A stretch of 64,000 nucleotides of DNA from Eutreptiella sp. 'Long Island Sound 2002'. Its lineage: Eukaryota > Protista > Euglenida. The notes below the pieces were generated by a model, which worked only from the letters and a program-made list of their open reading frames with translations, had not been told where the DNA came from and did no database searches. Position 1 is the stretch's first letter. Every line of letters begins with the position of its first letter. Below are positions 1 to 12,000 of the stretch, one piece after another. The DNA lies in contig OZ038378.1 of NCBI GenBank assembly GCA_964036045.1, positions 161,262,001 to 161,326,000 on the forward strand, read 5' to 3'. Made by a program: the position numbers and the translations under genes.

Positions 1-3000
1 CCCACTTTTCCCCATCTGTTTCCACTTGGTCCCACTTAGTCCCAATTTTTCCCAGTTTTCCCCACCTGTTTCCACTTGGTCCCACTTGGTCCCAATTTTC
101 CCCAGCTTTCCCCACCTGTTTCCACTTACTCCCCGTTTTCCCCAATTTTTCCCAGTTTTCCCCTCCTCTTTCCACTTGGTCCAACTTAGTCCCAATTTTT
201 CCAAGTTTTCCCCACCTGTTTCCACTTGGTCCCACTTAGTCCCAATTTTCCTCAGTTTTCCCCACCTGTTTCCACTTGGTCCCACTTAGTCCCAATTTTT
301 CCCAGTTTTCCCCACCTGTTTCCACTTGGTCCCACTGAGTCCCAATTTTCCTCAGTTTTCCCCACCTGTTTCCACTGGGTCCCACTTAGTCCCAATTTTT
401 CCCAGTTTTCCCCACCTGTTTCCACTTGGTCCCACTTAGTCCCAATTTTTCCCAGTTTTCCCCATCTGTTTCCACTTGGTCCCACTTAGTCCCAATCCTT
501 CCCAGTTTTCCCCACCTGTTTCCATTTGGTCCCACTTAGTCCCAATTTTTCCCAGCTTTCCCCACCTGTTTCCACTTGGTCCCACTTAGTCCCAATTTTT
601 CCCACTTTTCCCCACCCGTTTCCACTTGGTCCCACTTCGTCCCAATTTTTCCAAGTTTTCCCCACCCGTTTCCACTTGGTCCCACTTAGTCCCAATTTTT
701 CCCAGTGTTCCCCACCTGTTTCCACTTGGTCCAACTTAGTCCCAATTTTTCCCAGTTTTCCCCACCTGTTTCCAGTTGGTCCAACTTAGTCCCAATTTTT
801 CCCAGTTTTCCCCACCTGTTGCCACTTGGTCCCACTTGGTCCCAATTTTCCCCAGCTTTCCCCACCTGTTTCCACTTGGTCCCACTTAGTCCCCATTTTC
901 CCCAGCTTTCCCCACCTGTTTCCACTTGGTCCCACTTAGTCCCCATTTTCCCCAGTTTTCCCCACCTGTTTCCACTTGGTCCAACTTAGTCCCAATTTTC
1001 CCCAGTTTTCCCCACCCGTTTCCACTTGGTCCCACTTAGTCCCAATTTTTCCCAGTTTTCCCCACCCGTTTCCACTTGGTCCCACTTAGCCCCAATTTTT
1101 CCCAGTTTTCCCCACCCGTTTCCACTTGGTCCCACTTAGTCCAAAGTTTTCCCAGTTTTCCCCACCTGTTTCCACTTGGTCCAACGTAGTCCCAATTTTT
1201 CCCAGTTTTCCCCACCTGTTTCCACTTGGTCCAACTTAGTCCCAATTTTCCCCAGTTTTCCTCACCTGTTTCCACTTGGTCCAACTTAGTCCCAATTTTT
1301 CCCAGTTTTCCCCACCTGTTTCCACTTGGTCCAACTTAGTCCCAATTTTTCCCAGTTTACCCCACCCGTTTCCACTTGGTCCCACTTAGTCCCAATTTTT
1401 GCCAATTTTCCCCACCTGTTTCCACTTGGTCCAACTTAGTCCCAATTTTTCCCAATTTTCCCCACCTATTTCCACTTGGTCCCACTTAGTCCCAATTTTT
1501 CCCAGTTTTCCCCACCCGTTTCCACTTGGTCCCACTTAGTCCCAATTTTTCCCAGTTTTCCCCACCTGTTTCCACTTGGTCCAACTTAGTCCCAATTTTT
1601 CCCAGCTTTCCCCACCTGTTTCCACTTGGTCCCACTTGGTCCCAATTTTCCCCAGTTTTCCCCACCTGTTTCCACTTGGTCCCACTTAGTCCCAATTTTT
1701 CCCAGTTTCCCCACCTGTTTCCACTTGGTCGTGCTTGGTCCCAATTTTTCCCAGTTTTCCCCACCTGTTTCCACTTGGTCCCACTTGGTCCCAATTTTAC
1801 CCAATTTTCCCCACCCGTTTCCATTTGGTCCCACTTAGTCCCAATTTTCCCAAATTTTCCCCACCTGATTCCACTTGGTCCAACTTAGTCCCAATTTTCC
1901 CCAGTTTTCCCCACCTATTTCCACTTGGTCCCACTTAGTCCCAATTTTTCCCGGCTTTCCCCACCTGTTTCCACTTGGTCCCACTTAGTCCCAATTTTTC
2001 CCAGTTTTCCCCACCTGTTTCCAGTTGGTCCCACTTAGTCCCAATTTTTCCCAGTTTTCCCCACGTGTTTCAACTTGGTCCCACTTAGTCCCAATTTTTC
2101 CCAGTATTGTAAACCTGTTTCCACTTGGTTTCACTTAGTCCGAATTTTTCCCAGTTTTCCCCACCTGTTTCCACTTGGTCCCACTTAGTCCCAATTGTTC
2201 CCATTTTTGCCCACCTGTTTCCACTTGGTCCCACTTAGTCCCAATTTTTCCCAGTATTCCAAACCTGTTTCCACTTGGTCCCACTTAGTCCCAATTTTTC
2301 CCAGTCTTCCCCACGTGTTTCAACTTGGTCCCACTTAGTCCCAATTTTTCCCAGTTTTCCCCACCTGTTTCCACTTGGTCCAACTTAGTCCGAATTTTTC
2401 CCAGGTTTCCCCACCTGTTTCCACTTGGTCCAACTTAGTCCCAATTTTCCCCAGTTTTCCCAACCTGTTTCCACTTGGTCCCACTTAGTCCCAATTTTTC
2501 CCAGTTTTCCCCACCTGTTTCCACTTGGTCCCACTTCGGCCCAATTTTTCCCAGTTTTTCCCACCTGTTTCCACTTGGTCCCACTTAGTCCCAATTTTTC
2601 CCAGTTTTCCCCACCTGTTTCCACTTCGTCCAACTTAGTCCCAATTTTTCCCAGTTTTCCCCACCTGTTTCCACTTGGTCCCACTTAGTCCCAATTTTTC
2701 CCAGTATTGTAAACCTGTTTCCACTTGGTTTCACTTAGTCCGAATTTTTCCCAGTTTTCCCCACCTGTTTCCACTTGGTCCCACTTAGTCCCAATTGTTC
2801 CCATTTTTGCCCACCTGTTTCCACTTGGTCCCACTTAGTCCCAATCCTTCCCAGTTTTCCCCACCTGTTTCCATTTGGTCCCACTTAGTCCCAATTTTTC
2901 CCAGCTTTCCCCACCTGTTTCCACTTGGTCCCACTTAGTCCCAATTTTTCCCACTTTTCCCCACCCGTTTCCACTTGGTCCCACTTCGTCCCAATTTTTC

Positions 3001-6000
3001 CCAGTTTTCCCCACCCGTTTCCACTTGGTCCCACTTAGTCCCAATTTTTCCCAGTGTTCCCCACCTGTTTCCACTTGGTCCAACTTAGTCCCAATTTTTC
3101 CCAGTTTTCCCCACCTGTTTCCAGTTGGTCCAACTTAGTCCCAATTTTTCCCAGTTTTCCCCACCTGTTGCCACTTGGTCCCACTTGGTCCCAATTTTCC
3201 CCAGCTTTCCCCACCTGTTTCCACTTGGTCCCACTTAGTCCCCATTTTCCCCAGCTTTCCCCACCTGTTTCCACTTGGTCCCACTTAGTCCCCATTTTCC
3301 CCAGTTTTCCCCACCTGTTTCCACTTGGTCCAACTTAGTCCCAATTTTCCCCAGTTTTCCCCACCCGTTTCCACTTGGTCCCACTTAGTCCCAATTTTTC
3401 CCAGTTTTCCCCACCCGTTTCCACTTGGTCCCACTTAGCCCCAATTTTTCCCAGTTTTCCCCACCCGTTTCCACTTGGTCCCACTTAGTCCAAAGTTTTC
3501 CCAGTTTTCCCCACCTGTTTCCACTTGGTCCAACGTAGTCCCAATTTTTCCCAGTTTTCCCCACCTGTTTCCACTTGGTCCAACTTAGTCCCAATTTTTC
3601 CCAGTTTTCCTCACCTGTTTCCACTTGGTCCAACTTAGTCCCAATTTTTCCCAGTTTTCCCCACCTGTTTCCACTTGGTCCAACTTAGTCCCAATTTTTC
3701 CCAGTTTACCCCACCCGTTTCCACTTGGTCCCACTTAGTCCCAATTTTTGCCAATTTTCCCCACCTGTTTCCACTTGGTCCAACTTAGTCCCAATTTTTC
3801 CCAATTTTCCCCACCTATTTCCACTTGGTCCCACTTAGTCCCAATTTTTCCCAGTTTTCCCCACCCGTTTCCACTTGGTCCCACTTAGTCCCAATTTTTC
3901 CCAGTTTTCCCCACCTGTTTCCACTTGGTCCAACTTAGTCCCAATTTTTCCCAGCTTTCCCCACCTGTTTCCACTTGGTCCAACTTAGTCCCAATTTTCC
4001 CCAGTTTTCCCCACCTGTTTCCACTTGGTCCCACTTAGTCCCAATTTTTCCCAGTTTCCCCAGCTGTTTCCACTTGGTCGTGCTTGGTCCCAATTTTTGC
4101 CAGTTTTCCCCACCTGTTTCCACTTGGTCCCACTTGGTCCCAATTTTACCCAATTTTCCCCACCCGTTTCCACTTGGTCCCACTTAGTCCCAATTTTCCC
4201 CAGTTTTCCCCACCCGTTTCCACTTGGTCCCACTTAGTCCCAATTTTCCCCAATTTTCCCCACCTGATTCCACTTGGTCCAACTTAGTCCCAATTTTTCC
4301 CAGTTTTCCCCACCTATTTCCACTTGGTCCCACTTAGTCCCAATTTTTCCCGGCTTTCCCCACCTGTTTCCACTTGGTCCCACTTAGTCCCAATTTTTCC
4401 CAGTTTTCCCCACCTGTTTCCAGTTGGTCCCACTTAGTCCCAATTTTTCCCAGTTTTCCCCACGTGTTTCAACTTGGTCCCACTTAGTCCCAATTTTTCC
4501 CAGTTTTCCCCACCTGTTTCCACTTGGTCCCACTTAGTCCCAATTGTTCCCATTTTTGCCCACCTGTTTCCACTTGGTCCCACTTAGTCCCAATTTTTCC
4601 CAGTATTCCAAACCTGTTTCCACTTGGTCCCACTTAGTCCCAATTTTTCCCAGTTTTCCCCACGTGTTTCAACTTGGTCCCACTTAGTCCCAATTTTTCC
4701 CAGTTTTCCCCACCTGTTTCCACTTGGTCCAACTTAGTCCGAATTTTTCCCAGGTTTCCCCACCTGTTTCCACTTGGTCCAACTTAGTCCCAATTTTCCC
4801 CAGTTTTCCCAACCTGTTTCCACTTGGTCCCACTTAGTCCCAATTTTTCCCAGTTTTCCCCACCTGTTTCCACTTGGTCCCACTTCGGCCCAATTTTTCC
4901 CAGTTTTTCCCACCTGTTTCCACTTGGTCCCACTTGGTCCCAATTTTCCCCAGTTTTCCCCACCTGTTTCCACTTCGTCCAACTTAGTCCCAATTTTTTC
5001 CAGTTTTCCCCACCTGTTTCCACTTGGTCCCACTTAGTCCCAATTTTCCCCAGTTTTCCCCACCTGTTTCCACTTGGTCCCACTTAGTCCCAATTTTCCC
5101 CAGTTTTCCCCACTTGTTTCCACTTGGTCCCACTTGGTCCCAATTTTTCCCAGTTTTCCCACCTGTTTCGACTTGGTCCCACTTAGTCCCAATTTTCCCC
5201 AGTTTTCCCCACCTGTTTCCACTTGGTCCCACTTAGTCCCAATGTTTCCCAGGTTTCCCCACCTGTTTCGACTTAGTCCCACTTAGTCCCAATTTTTCCC
5301 AGTTTTCCCCAGCTGTTTCGACTTGGTCCCACTTGGTCCCAATCTTCCCCAGTTTTCCCCACATGTTTCCACTTGGTCCAACTTAGCCCCGATTTTTCGA
5401 AGTTTTCCCCACCTGTTTCCACTTGGTCCCACTTAGTCCCAATCTTCCCCAGTTTTCCCCACCCGTTTGCACTTGGTCCCACTTAGTCCCAATTTTTCCC
5501 AGTTTTCCCCACCTGTTTCCACTTGGTCCCACTTAGTCCCAATCTTCCCCAGTTTTCCCCACCCGTTTGCACTTGGTCCCACTTAGTCCCAAATTTTCCC
5601 AGTTTTCCCCACCTGTTTCCACTTGGTCCCACTTAGTCCCAATTTTCCCCAGTTTTCCCCACCTGTTTCCACTTCGTCCAACTTAGTCCCAATTTTTCCC
5701 AGTTTTCCCCACCTGTTTCCACTTGGTCCAACTTAGTCCCATTTTTTTTCAGTTTTCCCCACCTGTTTCCACTTGGTCCCACTTAGTCCCAATTCTTCCC
5801 AGTTTTCCCCACCTGTTTCCACTCGGTCCCACTTAGTCCCAATTTTCCCCAGTTTTCCCCACTTGTTTCCACTTGGTCCCACTTGGTCCGAATTTTTCCC
5901 AGTTTTCCCCACCTGTTTCGACTTGGTCCCACTTAGTCCCAATTTTCCGCAGTTTTCCCCACCTGTTTCCACTTGGTCCCACTTAGTCCCAATTTTCCCC

Positions 6001-9000
6001 AGTTTTCCCCACCTGTTGCCACTTGGTCCCACTTAGTCCCAATGTTTCCCAGGTTTCCCCACCTGTTTCGACTTAGTCCCACTTAGTCCCAATTTTTCCC
6101 AGTTTTCCCCAGCTGTTTCCACTTGGTCCCACTTGGTCCCAATCTTCCCCAGTTTTCCCCACATGTTTCCACTTGGTCCAACTTAGCCCCAATTTTTCGA
6201 AGTTTTCCCCACCTGTTTCCACTTGGTCCCACTTAGTCCCAATCTTCCCCAGTTTTCCCCACCCGTTTGCACTTGGTCCCACTTAGTCCCAATTTTTCCC
6301 AGTTTTCCCCACCTGTTTCCACTTGGTCCCACTTAGTCCCAATTTTTCCAAGCTTTCCCCACCCGTTTCCACCTGGTCCCACTTAGTCCCAATTTTCCCC
6401 AGTTTTCCCCACCTGTTTCCACTTGGTCCCACTTAGTCCCAATTTTTCCCACTTTTCCCCACCCGTTTCCACTTGGTCCCACTTAGTCCCAATTTTTCCC
6501 ACTTTTCCCCACCTGTTTCCACTTGGTCCCACTCAGTCCCAATTTTTCCCAGTTTTCACCAACCTGTTTCCACTTGGTCCCACTTAGTCCCAATTTTTCC
6601 CAAGTTTCCGCACATGTTTCCACTTGGTCCCACTTAGTCCCAATCTTCCCCAGTTTTCCCCACCCGTTTGCACTTGGTCCCACTTAGTCCCAATTTTTCC
6701 CAGTTTTCCCCACCTGTTTCCACTTGGTCCCACTTAGTCCCAATCTTCCCCAGTTTTCCCCACCCGTTTGCACTTGGTCCCACTTAGTCCCAATTTTTCC
6801 CAGTTTTCCCCACCTGTTTCCACTTGGTCCCACTTAGTCCCACTTTTCCCCAGTTTTCCCCACCTGTTTCCACTTCGTCCAACTTAGTCCCAATTTTTCC
6901 CAGTTTTCCCCACCTGTTTCCACTTGGTCCAACTTAGTCCCATTTTTTTTCAGTTTTCCCCACCTGTTTCCACTTGGTCCCACTTAGTCCCAATTCTTCC
7001 CAGTTTTCCCCACCTGTTTCCACTCGGTCCCACTTAGTCCCAATTTTCCCCAGTTTTCCCCACTTGTTTCCACTTGGTCCCACTTGGTCCGAATTTTTCC
7101 CAGTTTTCCCCACCTGTTTCGACTTGGTCCCACTTAGTCCCAATTTTCCGCAGTTTTCCCCACCTGTTTCCACTTGGTCCCACTTAGTCCCAATCTTCCC
7201 CAGTTTTCCCCACCCGTTTGCACTTGGTCCCACTTAGTCCCAATTTTTCCCAGTTTTCCCCACCTGTTTCCACTGGGTGCCACTTAGTCCCAATCTTCCC
7301 CAGTTTTCCCCACCCGTTGCACTTGGTTCCACTTAGTCCCAATTTTTCCCAGTTTTCCCCACCTGTTTCCACTTGGTCCCACTTAGTCCCAATTTTCCCC
7401 AGTTTTCCCCACCTGTTTCCACTTCGTCCAACTTAGTCCCAATTTTTCCCAGTTTTCCCCACCTGTTTCCACTTGGTCCAACTTAGTCCCATTTTTTTTC
7501 AGTTTTCCCCACCTGTTTCCACTTGGTCCCACTTAGTCCCAATTTTTCCCAGTTTTCCCCACCTGTTTCCACTCGGTCCCACTTAGTCCCAATTTTCCCC
7601 AGTTTTCCCCACTTGTTTCCACTTGGTCCCACTTGGTCCGAATTTTTCCCAGTTTTCCCCACCTGTTTCGACTTGGTCCCACTTAGTCCCAATTTTCCGC
7701 AGTTTTCCCCACCTGTTTCCACTTGGTCCCACTTAGTCCCAATTTTCCCCAGTTTTCCCCACCTGTTTCCACTTGGTCCCACTTAGTCCCAATGTTTCCC
7801 AGGTTTCCCCACCTCTTTCGACTTAGTCCCACTTAGTCCCAATTTTTCCCAGCTTTCCCCACCTGTTTCCACTTGGTCCCACTTGGTCCCAATCTTCCCC
7901 AGTTTTCCCCACATGTTTCCACTTGGTCCAACTTAGCCCCAATTTTTCGAGATTTTCCCCACCTGTTTCCACTTGGTCCCACTTAGTCCCAATCTTCCCC
8001 AGTTTTCCCCACCCGTTTGCACTTGGTCCCACTTAGTCCCAATTTTTCCCAGTTTTCCCCACCTGTTTCCACTTGGTCCCACTTAGTCCCAATTTTTCCA
8101 AGCTTTCCCCACCCGTTTCCACCTGGTCCCACTTAGTCCCAATTTTCCCCAGTTTTCCCCACCTGTTTCCACTTGGTCCCACTTAGTGCCAATTTTTCCC
8201 ACTTTTCACCACCCGTTTCCACTTGGTCCCACTTAGTCCCAATTTTTCCCACTTTTCCCCACCTGTTTCCACTTGGTCCCACTCAGTCCCAATTTTTCCC
8301 AGTTTTCACCAACCTGTTTCCACTTGGTCCCACTTAGTCCCAATTTTTCCCAAGTTTCCGCACATGTTTCCACTTGGTCCCACTTAGTCCCAATTTTTCC
8401 CAGTTTTCCCCACCTGTTTCCACTTGGTCCCACTTAGTCCCAATTTTTCCCAGCTTTCCCCACCTGTTTCCACCTGGTCCCACTTAGTCCCAATTTTCCC
8501 CAATTTTCCCCACCTCTTTCCACTTGGTCCACCTTAGTCCCAATTTTTGCCAGTTTTCCCCACCTGTTTCCACTTGGTCCCACTTAGTCCCAATTTTTCC
8601 CAAGTTTCCGCACCTGTTTCCACTTGGTCCCACTTAGTCCCAATTTTTCCCAGTTTTCCCCACCTGTTTCCACTTGGTCCCACTTGGTCCCAATTTTTCC
8701 CAGCTTTCCCCACCTGTTTCCACTTGGTCCCACTTAGTCCCAATTTTCCCCAATTTTCCCCACCTCTTTCCACTTGGTCCCACTTAGTCCCGATTTTCTC
8801 CAGTTTTCCCCACCTGTTTCCACTTGGTCCCACTTAGTCCCAATTTTTCCCAAGTTTCCGCACCTGTTTCCACTTGGTCCCACTTAGTCCCAATTTTCCC
8901 CAGTTTTCCCCACCTGTTTCCACTTGGTCCCACTTGGTCCCAATTTTTCCCAGCTTTCCCCACCTGTTTCCACTTGGTCCCACTTAGTCCCAATTTTTCC

Positions 9001-12000
9001 CAGTTTTCCCCACCTCTTTCCACTTTGTCCCACTTAGTCCCAATTTTCCGCAATTTTGCCCACTTGTTTCCATTTGGTCCCACTTGGTCCCAATTTTTAC
9101 TCAGTCCCAATTTTCCCCAATTTTCCCCACCTCTTTCCACTTGGTCCCACTTAGTCCCGATTTTCTCCAGTTTTCCCCACCTGTTTCCACTTGGTCCCAC
9201 TTAGTCCCAATTTTCCCCAAGTTTCCGCACCTGTTTCCACTTGGTCCCACTTAGTCCAAATTTTTCCCAGTTTTCCCACCTGTTTCCACTTGGTCCCACT
9301 TGGTCCCAATTTTTCCCAGCTTTCCCCACCTGTTTCCACTTGGTCCCACTTAGTCCCAACTTTTCCCAGTTTTCCCCACCTGTTTCCACTTGGTCCCACT
9401 TAGTCCCAATTTTCCCCAATTTTCCCCACCTGTTTCCACTTGGTCCCACTTGGTCCTAATTTTTCCCAGTTTTCCCCACCTGTTTCCACTTGGTCCCACT
9501 TGGTCCCAATTTTTCCCAGTTTTCCCCACCTGTTTCCACTTGGTCCCACTTGGTCCCAATTTTTCCCAGTTTTCCCCACCTGTTTCCACTTGGTCCCACT
9601 TGGTCCCAATTTTTCCCAGTTTTCCCCACAAACTGGGGAAAATTGAGACTAAGTTGGACCAAGTGGAAACAGGTGGGGAAAGCTGGGAAAAATTGGGACT
9701 AAGTGGGACCCAGTGGAAACAGGTGGGAAAAAGTGGGAAAAATGGGGACCAAGTGGGACCAAGTGGAAACAGGTGGGGAAAACTGGGGAAAATTGGAACT
9801 AAGTGGGACCAAGTGGAAACAGGTGGGGAAAACTGGGAAAAATTGGGACTAAGTGGGACCAAGTGGAAACATGTGGGGAAAGCTGGGAAAAATTGGGACT
9901 AAGTGGGACCAAGTGGAAACAGGTGGGGAAAACTGGGAAAAATTGGGACTAAGTGGGACCAAGTGGAAACATGTGGGGAAAGCTGGGAAAAATTGGGACT
10001 AAGTGGGACCAAGTGGAAACAGGTGGGGAAAACTGGGAAAAATTGGGACTAAGTGGGACCAAGTGGAAACAGGTGGGGAAACCTGGGAAAAATTGGGACT
10101 AAGTGGGACCAAGTGGAAACAGGTGGGGAAAAACAGGGAGAAAATTGGGACCAAGTGGAACCAAGTGGAAACATGTGGGGAAAAGTGGGGAAAATCGGGA
10201 CTAAGTGGGAGCAAGTGGAAACAGGTGGGGAAAACAGGGAAAAACAGGGACTAAGTGGGACGAAGTGGAAACAGGTGGGGAAAACTGGGAAAAATTGGGA
10301 CTACGTGGCACCAAGTGGAAACAGGTGGGGAAACTGGGAAAAATTGGGACTAAGTGGGACAAAGTGGAAACAGTTGGTCAAAACTGGCAAAAATTGGGAC
10401 TAACTTGGACCAAGTGGAAACAGGTGGGGAAAATTGGGGGAAATTGGGACTATGTGGGACCAAGTGGAAACAGGTGGGGCAAACTAGGAAAAATTGGGAC
10501 AAAGTGGGACCAAGTGGAAACAGGTGGGGAAAACTGGGGAAAATTGGAACTAAGTGGGACCAAGTGGAAACAGGTGGGGAAAACTGGGGAAAATTGGGAT
10601 TAAGTGGGACCAAGTCGAAACAGGTGGGGAAAACTGGGGAAAATTGGGACTAGGTGGGACCAAGTGGAAAGATGTTGGGAAAACTGGGAAAATTTGGGAC
10701 CAAGTGGGACCAAGTGGAAACAGGTGGGAAAACTGGAAAAATTGGGACTAAGTTGGACCAAGTGGAAACAGGTGGGGAAAACTGGGAAAAAGTGGGACCA
10801 AGTGGGACCAAGTGGAAACAGGTGGGGAAAGCTGGGAAAAATTGGGACTGAGTGAGACCAAGTGGAAACAGGTGGGGAAAACTGGTAAAAATTGGGACTA
10901 AGTGGGACCAACCGGAAACAGGTGGGGAAAACTAGGAAAAATTGGGACTAAGTTGGACCAAGTGGAAACAGATGGGGAAAACTGCGAAAAATTCAGACTA
11001 AGTGGGACCAAGTGGAAACATGTGGGGAAAACTGGGGAAAATTGTGACTAAGTGGGACCAAGTGGAAACAGGTGGGGAAAGCTGTGAAAAATTGGGACTA
11101 AGTGGGACCAAGTGGAAACAGGTGGGGAAAACTGGGAAAAATTGGGACTAAGTGGGACCAAGTGGAAACAGGTGGGGAAAATTGGGAGAAATTGGGACTA
11201 AGTGGGACCAAGTGGAAACGGGTGGGGAAAACTTGGAAAATTTGGGAGTAAGTGGGACCAAGTGGAAACAGGTGGGGAACACTGGGAAACATTGGGACTA
11301 AGTGGGACCAAGTGGAAACAGGTGGGGAAAATTGGGAGAAATTGAGACTAAGTGGGACCAAGTGGAAACAGGTGGGGAAAGCTGAGAAAAATTGGGACTA
11401 AGTGGGACCAAGTGGAAACAGGTGGGGAAAGCTGGGAAAAATTGGGACTAAGTGGGACCAGTTGGAAACAGGTGGGGAAAACCGGCAAAAATTGGGACCA
11501 AGTGGGACCAAGTGGAAACAGGTGGGGAAAACTTGGAAAAATTGGGACTAAGTGGGACCAAGTGGAAACAGGTGGGGAAAACTGGGGAAAATTGGGACTA
11601 AGTGGGACCAAGTGGAAACAGGTGGGGAAAACTGGGGGAAATTGGGACTAAGTGGGACCAAGTGGAAACAGGTGGGGAAAACTGGGAAAAACGGGGACTA
11701 AGTGGGACCAAGTGGAAACAGGTGGGGAAAACTGGGAAAAATTGGGACTAAGTGGGACCAAGTGGAAACGGGTGGGGAAAACTTGGAAAATTTGGGAGTA
11801 AGTGGGACCAAGTGGAAACAGGTGGGGAACACTGGGAAACATTGGGACTAAGTGGGACCAAGTGGAAACAGGTGGGGAAAATTGGGAGAAATTGAGACTA
11901 AGTGGGACCAAGTGGAAACAGGTGGGGAAAGCTGAGAAAAATTGGGACTAAGTGGGACCAAGTGGAAACAGGTGGGGAAAGCTGGGAAAAATTGGGACTA

